A DNA stretch of 64,000 nt, taken from IMG/VR virus record IMGVR_UViG_3300045988_140747. The stretch is one strand, 5' to 3'. The stretch comes from a virus. The translations under genes were made by a program, and so were the position numbers. This document shows, in pieces, positions 25,718-33,448 of this stretch. Each line of letters starts with the position of its first letter. Positions within the stretch are counted from its first letter, which is position 1. The notes below the pieces were generated by a model that saw only the letters and a program-made list of their open reading frames with translations, had not been told where the DNA came from and ran no database searches.

Positions 25718-27110
25718 GTGGATAAGATGACACAAGAGGATCGCATCAAGCACTATGCGCATCTGATTCAGCGTCAGACTGGCAAGGCTGTGCGACCGTA
25801 CCGTGCTGACGGATACGTCAACATGGTTAACCGGTATGGCACATCGAAAGATTCGTCCGAGCAGTACAACTTCGTACCGGATGCGCCGGTTGCTGACGAT
25901 GTGCTTGAAATGCACTATGAAAACAACGGCCTGTTTTCCAAAATCATCGATATGCCGGCAGAGGAAGCCATCAAGCACGGCTTTACCATCGAAGACGTAG
26001 AGGACGGAAAGCTGGCTGACTTCTACAGCGAAGCTCTCGACGAACTCAACTGGGAAGAGAACGCCATGACCGCCGTTAAGTGGGCAAGACTGTTCGGCGG
26101 CTCCATTGCCATTATGCTTGTGAACGATGGTCGTGGGCTCGAGGAACCTCTCGATTGGAAGAACATTCAATCCATTGACGATATCCGAGTGTACGACAGA
26201 TCGCTCATTAGCCCTGACTACAGTAGCGTGTTCAACTACGATCCGCAGGATCCATTCCGAGTTCGCGGCAGTCGGCTTGGTATGCCCGAATACTATGATG
26301 TCTATAGCAAGTATGGATCATTCCGAGTACACGACAGCAGATGCCTTGTTTTCCAAAACGGCGTCCTGCCTGAAAATGCAACTAACTCCATCTACCAGTT
26401 TTGGGGAATCCCGGAGTACATCAGGCTGAACAAGGCCATCCGGGATGCGGACATTGCACACCGCAGCGCACCCAAGTTGCTGGAACGGTCTGTGCAGCCC
26501 ATCTATAAGATGAAGGATCTCGCGGCTGAGTTGGCTACAGAACAGGGCGAAGACCGCATTCTCAAACGTCTGCAGGTTATCGACACTGCACGAGGAATCC
26601 TCAACAGCCTTGTCATCGATGCCGATGGCGAAGACTATGACTTCAAGACGTTCCAGTACAACGGTATCACTGACGTTATCAGTGCATCCTGCAATATGCT
26701 CGCTGCCCTGTCCAATATTCCACAGATCATTCTGTTTGGGCAGACCATCAGCGGAATGAGCAGCACTGATGACACCAGCATGGAGAACTACTACAACTAC
26801 GTTGAGCGCATTCAGAAAAGGATGCTGCGGAGTAATCTCCGATATCTACTGTCTGTTGTTTTTCAAGCCGGCCTTGCAACCGGAGAGGTTGATGAAGTCC
26901 CAAAGCTGAAGGTTCAGTTCAATCCTCTGTGGTCTGTCAGCGATTCCGACCAAGCAACTCTGGATCAGCAGAAGGCCCAGACCGAGCAGATCAAGGCGCA
27001 GACTGCCCAGATCTATGTCGGTATGGAAGCCATTGATCCCAGCGAGGTTCGTTCCAAGCTTGCAGATAGCGATGACTTTGATGTCGAGAATATGCTTGAT
27101 GAGTATACTG
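25718..27110 (+). other. portal domain (DUF1073-like)
   Basis: RADGYVNMVNRYGTSKDSSEQYNF...LEMHYENNGLFSKIIDMPAEEAIKHGF and the following ~400 aa fit the DUF1073 portal pattern. Position is directly after TerL. Confidence 0.75.
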
Positions 27111-30100
27111 AAGAGGAACTCGAAGCTGGAATGCCAAGCAATGATGAGAGCCAAGAGCAAACGCCTGATGATGGACAGCCTGCTACTCCTGATTCTCAAC
27201 CTACTGGAAATGATGAAAAAGCCGGACCTGGTCAGCTCCTGAACGAAAAGACTCTCTCTGCTGTTGGAAACAATGCAAAAGATCCTGCCACCATGGAGAC
27301 TAAGGTTAGCTCCGATCCTCATGAAAACAAGGAAGGCACTGAAGGTGATGCCCCTGCATCCGCCCCTGCTGCGACGAAAAAGCCTTCCGACATGGACCCT
27401 GAAGAAAAGGCCAAAGCTGCACAATCGCGCCAAAACAAGGCAAAAGACCGGGAGGACTCACTTCGTACCGATGACAACAATTCTCACTCCGAAGATCAAA
27501 AAGGCTCGGTGGGCGTTATTGTGGTCAATGGGGGCAGAGTCCTGAATGGTACTCGGCACAACGATTTTGGCTACGGCCTTGTCTGTGGCCCCGGCGGTCA
27601 CATTGAAGAAGGTGAAACTCCGGAACAGGCTGCATTCCGAGAGACCAAAGAAGAATTCGGTATTACGCCCAAAAGCCTTATGTGCCTTGGACAAGGGCCT
27701 AAAGAAAAAGATACCGGCCTGAAGCCGTACCTGTTCCTGTGCACCGAATACTACGGCACTCCGAACTGCGAAGATCTCGAGATGACCGGCGCCAAGTTCA
27801 GTACCATTGAGGAATTGAACGAAAAGGCCGAATCCTTGTTCGGCCCGTTCGCAGACGGCCTGAACATCCTGATGGACTGCCTTGAAACCGGCATCTTCTA
27901 TACAGACCCAGCGGAAGGCGTAACTGGCGAGAAACTGAATTCTCATCTGGAAAAGGCTATGAATGCCGATGGAGGTCAAGGATCTGGCAATTTTGGACAC
28001 GAAGGAAGGCCAGGAAAAGTAGGAGGAAGCGCCGAGTCGCACAACTTTGGAGGGCTCAAAAACAGCGAGCTTTCATCTAAGATGAATGGCGTGTTCGATG
28101 ATGCAAAGATAGGAACTCGCTTTTCCGTAAAGATGAACGGCGTTGCCGGAAAAGATGATTATGAAATCTATAAAGTTTCAGATGGATTCTACGTTCGGAG
28201 CAAAAAAGGCGGAAACGATATTGTCAAATCAGTTGACAAGCTCGTCGAGAATTGCGGTGTATACGTCACAAATCTGACCTCTGACAAGGTCATGTATAAG
28301 GAAGCCAACATTGAAGTTGGTGAACCCGAAACAGAAGAAGCACAAAGTTTTACTAGAGCATACGAATCTTGCAGAAAGGAAAGAGAGCGACTTGCATCTG
28401 GGAATTATAAAATCACTGAAGTTGATGATGCTACCGCAAAAAAGTATGCTGACACTTTGAACAAAGCAAGCAAGGCAAAAATCGCAAAACTTGCTATTGA
28501 TGACCCACAGTTCAAGGCTGTTGTTGATAACATTTCTGCGTATACACAGGGAGAATATGTATATCAGCGAAAAGCGACTGAAAAATTCATCAGCAACGGA
28601 TATGACCCATCTAACGATGCAATCCTCGGAGATCGACTTACCGATTCTTTGTATTTATGCAAAGACATGTACAAGGGACAAAATCTTTCCGTTTCCAGTG
28701 CAAGTGTAACGGAAGGCATGGCGAACTTGACAAAGGCTGTGAATTGCTCCGATCCGTTTGACGGAGAGCTGTACCGAGTTGCTCAGGACAGAAGCCTGAT
28801 GAAAACTGCAGACTCTGGAAACCAGGGAGTATACACTCCGCCAAAACCCGGAGAAACAATATCCATAGTTGCTCCTACTTCGTTCTCAAAGGACAAAGCG
28901 GCTATTGATAAGATTGCCAAAGATAAGTCCGGTGATATCATCTATTACACTGTTCAACCGGGTGCTCATGCCGTAGATGTATCAAAGCTGTCACCGTATA
29001 AGCAAGCTGAACTCCTTACCTGCGGAGAATATGAGGTTGTCAGTGTTGATTCCAAGCCTCAGAGAGTTGTTATGACTCAGATCGATCGTTTCACAAGTGA
29101 AACAATCGATTCGCTGAAGGCCAACAGAGGGGCAACAGTTGACGACGGTTTTGTTAAATTTCCAATCCTTGAAACTCATGTGACTCTTCGCCAGAAAGAA
29201 CCTATTCACATGGATTCTTGCGATGATAGCATCCACAGATACAGACCCGACGATTTTTCCGAACGGATGGTCTATGATGACGAGATTGATCTCGATGGTG
29301 GCCCAGGGTCTGGGAACTATGGGCACGAGGGCGTTCCGGGGCAAGTGGGCGGAAGCGCCCCTAGCACAAGCGGTCCGATTTCCAAAAGTAGCTTTCAGAA
29401 GGGCTCTGGTCACTTTGAAGTAACTGGTGACGTGAAAGATATGTATCTCACAAAGCCGGCAAGAACCAGAATTGAAGGGGCTATTAAAACGGTGAAAACC
29501 GCTAATGACCTCAAGAAATATCTTGAAAATCAAGGAATCAAGCTTGAAACGTCTTATGAACCACTCAAGAAAGCGATGGATAGAGAGATCCCGTCCATCA
29601 AGGAGCAGGCTGATTATGTGATTGCCGCTATTGAGCAGTACAAGGATCTCGGTGGGCTTAAAGCGCTTAAAGCGGTTCACATCTATGACCATGATATTGA
29701 TGCACAGGCGCAGTACAGCTATCGCGCAAAAGGGGAAGGTGATGTTCCAGACGAGGGACATTTGTATATCAGCTACATGGCTAATGGAGAGCAAATTATG
29801 CATGAGTTTGCTCACGCCTATGCTGACTCCACAAAGCCTGATGGAATGGATGTTGTCGAATGGTCAGCGAAGCTCAACCAAGAAGCAGGCCTTTCGAAAA
29901 ACGTAAAATCATACTTCGGCGCGGACAGCGATGCTAAAGAAGCTGAGCGTTTTGCCAATGCGATTGGGTACGCAATTGCGGATGGAGATGGACCGGATGG
30001 CCGACTTGCATTTGCTGCAAATGTTGCGAATATCGTAAGAAATTCCAATGGATCGTCCGCAGGAATGTCCGGCGGAAACCTTGCATTTAGAAGCATGATT

Positions 30101-31897
30101 CCGAAAGACAGCTACTTCAACTCTCCATCCTACAAGAAGGCTGTTGAAGCCTACCGCGGAGCCATCAGAAAGCATGACGATGCATGGAAGAAATATAGCG
30201 ACCTCAAGGAAGATCTCAAAGCAGAGTCCGCTCCGAAGCCTGAATCTGAATGGGATGATAACGACATCTTCGAAGATCTCATTGGCCATCGTCCCATGAC
30301 CTACACAGAAAAAGGCAAGAAGATCAAGTCTGAGATGGACAAAGCCTTCAAGGATTCACAGGAATATGACCATGAGCAGACCGAGACTGGCGACAAGCTT
30401 CGCGAGATCAAGAAAAAAGAGCATGACAAGCAGGTGAAGGGCATCCATTTCCAACCGCCTGCTGATGCCTCCTCCGATGATTATGAGGGCTTTACCACTA
30501 AGACCACCGGAACGTCCGCCTATGATGACTACATCAACGGAGAAAGGAACGGAGGCCGAATTGCAGAGATGTCCCCGGCGGAATATCTTCAAAGATGCGC
30601 CTATCAGGTCTTTGAAGATGCTACCATTGAGTCCACTCTGGCTGCTATCGATGAGTCCAACGTTAAGAAGTATGCCGATATGATGAAGAATGGCACAAAG
30701 TTTGACATGCCGTATCTCAATTTCATGTCTGGTCAGCAGGAAGGACGGCATCGAGCCGCTGCTGCCATGCAAGCTGGTATCGATAAGATCCCTGTGCTTG
30801 TGGTCGGAGAAAGGTTTGCCAAGTATGACGGAGGAAAAGGCTCTGGCAACTGGGGCCATGAAGGCCGAAAAGGGAAGCTCGGTGGATCGGCCCCCGGCGG
30901 AGGCGTGCACAACCGGATTTCCGAAGAGGGCGGATCCTACACCTCATTCTCAAAGAAGCAGAAGAAACTTGCCACAACGCACTTTGCCGGCAAGGGGGAA
31001 TTTCACAATCTCCCGGACAAGACTAAGATTGTTGCCGATCTTGTGTTTGGACCGTACTCTATGGTCTATAACGCCAAGCATGGCATGTTCATCGGCGAAG
31101 ACGGTGCCGAAATGAACCCGGATGATGTGACAGACGCTTGCGACAAAGACACTCCTGTTCGAGTGTTCATTCCGAATGAGGCGAGCACGAACTACAACAA
31201 GCTCAAGCAGTCCTTTGATGTTTCCCCGTCCAGAATGGCTGAAGCAAAAGCCTATTCACAGCCAAAGCAAGCCGACAAAGACCTCCGAAAGAAAACCGGA
31301 GAGGTGTGGAAAACGCTTACTGATGGTCAGAAAAAGTCACTTTATGATTATACCGGCGGCTTTTTTATGGACATCAACCACTCCCTGAGAAGTGGTCATG
31401 GAACTGTGCAGAACCAGTCCAAGGCCTCTGACATCACGACCGCCATAGCTAAGAGCAAAACTCAAGAGGATATGTGGCTGTATCGAGGAGTTGGCTTGGA
31501 GGCTGTTCCTAAGATGTTTGGTATTGACTGGGGAAAAATACAGAAGAATGACATTGGTTCTATTGTTGGAATGTCCGGCTCTGACGACGGCTTTATGTCG
31601 TGCGGTACAACTGCTGGCACTGGATATGGAGACGTAACCGATGTCAACATGAAGATTTTCGTTCCGAAGGGGTCTGAGGCTCTATACGCAGAGCCGTTCT
31701 CAAAGTATGGAAGCAACCCGGATGCCAAGAACTGGAACGGCGAAAGCGATCAGACCTATTTTTCCTCCGAAATGGAGACTATCTTGCAAAGAGGGTCTCA
31801 TTTCCAATGCACAAAAGCCTACTACGATGAGGACAAAAAGAAATACAGTATCGAAGTGGCTGTCACCGGACAAGAATACAAGGAGCTCAATTGGTGA
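25718..31897 (+). CDS. portal protein fused to a ~1,500-aa multi-domain (polyvalent) effector extension
   Basis: GTG 25718, 8 nt after GGAAGGAG (or ATG 25727). One uninterrupted frame of about 2,060 codons. N-terminal DUF1073-type portal, then NUDIX, ART-like, HExxH, ParB-like and ART domains separated by a repeated Gly-rich motif. Confidence 0.85.
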   Translation: MDKMTQEDRIKHYAHLIQRQTGKAVRPYRADGYVNMVNRYGTSKDSSEQYNFVPDAPVADDVLEMHYENNGLFSKIIDMPAEEAIKHGFTIEDVEDGKLADFYSEALDELNWEENAMTAVKWARLFGGSIAIMLVNDGRGLEEPLDWKNIQSIDDIRVYDRSLISPDYSSVFNYDPQDPFRVRGSRLGMPEYYDVYSKYGSFRVHDSRCLVFQNGVLPENATNSIYQFWGIPEYIRLNKAIRDADIAHRSAPKLLERSVQPIYKMKDLAAELATEQGEDRILKRLQVIDTARGILNSLVIDADGEDYDFKTFQYNGITDVISASCNMLAALSNIPQIILFGQTISGMSSTDDTSMENYYNYVERIQKRMLRSNLRYLLSVVFQAGLATGEVDEVPKLKVQFNPLWSVSDSDQATLDQQKAQTEQIKAQTAQIYVGMEAIDPSEVRSKLADSDDFDVENMLDEYTEEELEAGMPSNDESQEQTPDDGQPATPDSQPTGNDEKAGPGQLLNEKTLSAVGNNAKDPATMETKVSSDPHENKEGTEGDAPASAPAATKKPSDMDPEEKAKAAQSRQNKAKDREDSLRTDDNNSHSEDQKGSVGVIVVNGGRVLNGTRHNDFGYGLVCGPGGHIEEGETPEQAAFRETKEEFGITPKSLMCLGQGPKEKDTGLKPYLFLCTEYYGTPNCEDLEMTGAKFSTIEELNEKAESLFGPFADGLNILMDCLETGIFYTDPAEGVTGEKLNSHLEKAMNADGGQGSGNFGHEGRPGKVGGSAESHNFGGLKNSELSSKMNGVFDDAKIGTRFSVKMNGVAGKDDYEIYKVSDGFYVRSKKGGNDIVKSVDKLVENCGVYVTNLTSDKVMYKEANIEVGEPETEEAQSFTRAYESCRKERERLASGNYKITEVDDATAKKYADTLNKASKAKIAKLAIDDPQFKAVVDNISAYTQGEYVYQRKATEKFISNGYDPSNDAILGDRLTDSLYLCKDMYKGQNLSVSSASVTEGMANLTKAVNCSDPFDGELYRVAQDRSLMKTADSGNQGVYTPPKPGETISIVAPTSFSKDKAAIDKIAKDKSGDIIYYTVQPGAHAVDVSKLSPYKQAELLTCGEYEVVSVDSKPQRVVMTQIDRFTSETIDSLKANRGATVDDGFVKFPILETHVTLRQKEPIHMDSCDDSIHRYRPDDFSERMVYDDEIDLDGGPGSGNYGHEGVPGQVGGSAPSTSGPISKSSFQKGSGHFEVTGDVKDMYLTKPARTRIEGAIKTVKTANDLKKYLENQGIKLETSYEPLKKAMDREIPSIKEQADYVIAAIEQYKDLGGLKALKAVHIYDHDIDAQAQYSYRAKGEGDVPDEGHLYISYMANGEQIMHEFAHAYADSTKPDGMDVVEWSAKLNQEAGLSKNVKSYFGADSDAKEAERFANAIGYAIADGDGPDGRLAFAANVANIVRNSNGSSAGMSGGNLAFRSMIPKDSYFNSPSYKKAVEAYRGAIRKHDDAWKKYSDLKEDLKAESAPKPESEWDDNDIFEDLIGHRPMTYTEKGKKIKSEMDKAFKDSQEYDHEQTETGDKLREIKKKEHDKQVKGIHFQPPADASSDDYEGFTTKTTGTSAYDDYINGERNGGRIAEMSPAEYLQRCAYQVFEDATIESTLAAIDESNVKKYADMMKNGTKFDMPYLNFMSGQQEGRHRAAAAMQAGIDKIPVLVVGERFAKYDGGKGSGNWGHEGRKGKLGGSAPGGGVHNRISEEGGSYTSFSKKQKKLATTHFAGKGEFHNLPDKTKIVADLVFGPYSMVYNAKHGMFIGEDGAEMNPDDVTDACDKDTPVRVFIPNEASTNYNKLKQSFDVSPSRMAEAKAYSQPKQADKDLRKKTGEVWKTLTDGQKKSLYDYTGGFFMDINHSLRSGHGTVQNQSKASDITTAIAKSKTQEDMWLYRGVGLEAVPKMFGIDWGKIQKNDIGSIVGMSGSDDGFMSCGTTAGTGYGDVTDVNMKIFVPKGSEALYAEPFSKYGSNPDAKNWNGESDQTYFSSEMETILQRGSHFQCTKAYYDEDKKKYSIEVAVTGQEYKELNW
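27503..27900 (+). other. NUDIX hydrolase domain
   Basis: Nudix box GPGGHIEEGETPEQAAFRETKEEFGI (GX5EX7REUXEEXGU). Confidence 0.8.
27968..28033 (+). repeat. protein-level linker motif copy 1: DGGQGSGNFGHEGRPGKVGGSA
   Basis: Read directly from the translation. Codons differ from the other copies. Confidence 0.9.
28520..29120 (+). other. possible ADP-ribosyltransferase-like domain (R-S-QxE)
   Basis: YTQGEYVYQRK..., ELYRV (Arg, nt 28775), PTSFS (nt 28877), KQAELL (QxE, nt 29003), spaced about 35 and 42 aa apart as in C3-like ARTs. Motif-level only. Confidence 0.35.
29294..29359 (+). repeat. linker motif copy 2: DGGPGSGNYGHEGVPGQVGGSA
   Basis: Read directly from the translation. Confidence 0.9.
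29400..30060 (+). other. HExxH (zincin-like) domain
   Basis: IMHEFAHAY at nt 29798-29821 within a helical region. No third ligand assigned. Confidence 0.4.
30550..30812 (+). other. ParB/Srx-like domain
   Basis: MSPAEYL...YADMMKNGTKFDMPYLNFMSGQQEGRHRAAAAMQAGIDKIPVLVV (GRHR plus IPV pattern). Confidence 0.6.
30827..30892 (+). repeat. linker motif copy 3: DGGKGSGNWGHEGRKGKLGGSA
   Basis: Read directly from the translation. Confidence 0.9.
31300..31894 (+). other. C-terminal ADP-ribosyltransferase domain (R-S-ExE type)
   Basis: LYDYTGGFFMDINHSLR, WLYRG (Arg, nt 31484), GFMSCGT (STS-like), SEMETILQRG (ExE, nt 31769-31777). Confidence 0.75.
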
Positions 31898-31929
31898 TTC
31901 TTGCAATATTCTGAAATGTTTGTTGTTAT

Positions 31930-31973
31930 TTGACAAAACAGAATGTATCTGTTACGATACGTTTGTAAAAAAC
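31930..31973 (+). promoter_or_regulatory. promoter P3: TTGACA-17 nt-TGtTACGAT plus downstream acGTTTGTAAAAAAc
   Basis: Third copy of the conserved motif. About 20 nt upstream of the RBS of 31996. Confidence 0.6.
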
Positions 31974-31995
31974 ATCATGTTCTAGGAGGGATAAA

Positions 31996-32223
31996 ATGGC
32001 GAAATGGGACAATGAAGAACTGTCGTGGGTACGGCCTGACAAGAATAAAATCCAATGTTCAAAGTGCATGCTGCGAGAGAAGGACCGACTGGACGGAGAA
32101 ATCGACGGGGCCACACTTGGTGTGTGTGAAGCCTTCCAATTTAAGCCGACGGAGATTCTTTTCAACGGCGCTGAGTGTCCGTATTTCATTGACGAGAACA
32201 CGCCAGACGACGAAGAAGAGTGA
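31996..32223 (+). CDS. small Cys-containing acidic protein
   Basis: 75 aa, RBS TAGGAGGG. CSKC...C...C. Acidic tail DDEEE. Confidence 0.6.
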   Translation: MAKWDNEELSWVRPDKNKIQCSKCMLREKDRLDGEIDGATLGVCEAFQFKPTEILFNGAECPYFIDENTPDDEEE

Positions 32224-32238
32224 CTTGAAAGGGAACAG

Positions 32239-33057
32239 GTGGCAGGATTGAAGAACACCAATCGAATCATCGGAGGAATCGTTGGCGATATCGTCGGATC
32301 TGTATATGAGTTCGACAATATCAAGTCCAAGGACTTCGTTCTGTTTGGGGATCATCACGGTCAGAAATGCTTCGCAACCGATGACAGCATAATGACTCTG
32401 GCGGTTTGCGATGCGTTCACCAAGAGTGCTCCGTACTACGAATTCCTTTACGAAAACCTCATGAAGTCCATGCAGGAAATCGGAAGACCGTATCCGGATT
32501 GCGGATACGGAGGAAGATTTTATAGCTGGATGTACTCTGATAACCCACAGCCGTATAACAGCTTTGGGAATGGCGCTGCGATGCGCGTAAGTGCTGCAGC
32601 ATACGCTGCGAATACGCTCTCTGAAGCTCTCGACTTCGCAAGAATCACTGCAGAAGTCACCCATAATCACCCTGAAGGCATCAAGGGCGCACAGGCTACT
32701 GCTGGATGCATTTACCTTGCGCTTCATGGATATGACTTCCGAAAGATCCTGCGATTTGCCGATCACTACTATGACCTAGACTTCACCCTTCACGGTATCC
32801 GTGACAGCTATCGGTTCAATGAGTCCTGCCAGGAAACAGTTCCACAGGCTATTGTCGCTTTCCTTGAATCCACTGATTTTGAGGATTCAATCCGCAACGC
32901 GATTTCCATTGGCGGGGACAGCGACACACTGGCCTGTATTACTGGATCTATTGCCGGAGCCTACTATGGTGTTCCCGTAAACATCGCAGATAAGGCCATC
33001 GGATATTTGGATCCTCGCCTCCGTGAAATCTACGATCGGTTTGTTGAAGAGTTCTGA
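32239..33057 (+). CDS. ADP-ribosylglycohydrolase (ARH/DraG family)
   Basis: GDIVGSVYEF, ATDDSIMT, NSFGNGAAMR, THNHPEGIKGA and IGGDSDTLACITGSIAGAYYG are the ARH metal-binding motifs. GTG start. Confidence 0.85.
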   Translation: MAGLKNTNRIIGGIVGDIVGSVYEFDNIKSKDFVLFGDHHGQKCFATDDSIMTLAVCDAFTKSAPYYEFLYENLMKSMQEIGRPYPDCGYGGRFYSWMYSDNPQPYNSFGNGAAMRVSAAAYAANTLSEALDFARITAEVTHNHPEGIKGAQATAGCIYLALHGYDFRKILRFADHYYDLDFTLHGIRDSYRFNESCQETVPQAIVAFLESTDFEDSIRNAISIGGDSDTLACITGSIAGAYYGVPVNIADKAIGYLDPRLREIYDRFVEEF

Positions 33058-33084
33058 TCTGCTACAATTCCATAAGCACCTGTG

Positions 33085-33118
33085 AGCAGGGCCATCTTTT
33101 TGATGGTCCTGCTTTTTT
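33085..33118 (+). terminator. rho-independent terminator abutting tRNA-Thr
   Basis: AGCAGGGCCATC-ttttt-GATGGTCCTGCT (12 bp, one G-T), then TTTTTT. Confidence 0.8.
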
Positions 33119-33194
33119 GCTAGTGTAGCTCAACCGGAAGAGCAGACGTCTTGTAATCGTCAGGTTGCGGGTTCAAGTCCCGCCGTTAGCTCCA
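33119..33194 (+). tRNA. tRNA-Thr (anticodon TGT)
   Basis: Acceptor GCTAGTG/CGTTAGC (two wobbles), D arm GCTC/GAGC, anticodon loop CTTGTAA, T arm GCGGG-TTCAAGT-CCCGC, CCA encoded. Confidence 0.8.
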
Positions 33195-33448
33195 ATAGCC
33201 GTACACCGTAATCGGCACGTCGAATGGCACATGGATCATCGCAACGTTTTTGTTTGCGCGTTACGGTTTCCAACAGAAGCTGGCAATGGGAGCAAGTTTG
33301 TCCATAACGCCTCCGCCCATTGTCTGTCGGATGCGCTGTAAGCAATCAGCTGTGTGCCATAAAGCTCTGTACTCGTAAAAAGGTGCAGGGCTTCTTTTAT
33401 GAACACTTCACCAAATCTAAATAAAAGGCCGGGAAAGGGGACATCTCT

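Noticed and set aside
33195-33448. 77-aa minus-strand ORF (33236-33469) and a 27-aa + ORF in the spacer between tRNA-Thr and MuF
   Set aside because: No RBS. The minus ORF overlaps the MuF start region. No motif recognised. Could be a gene remnant but is unsupported.
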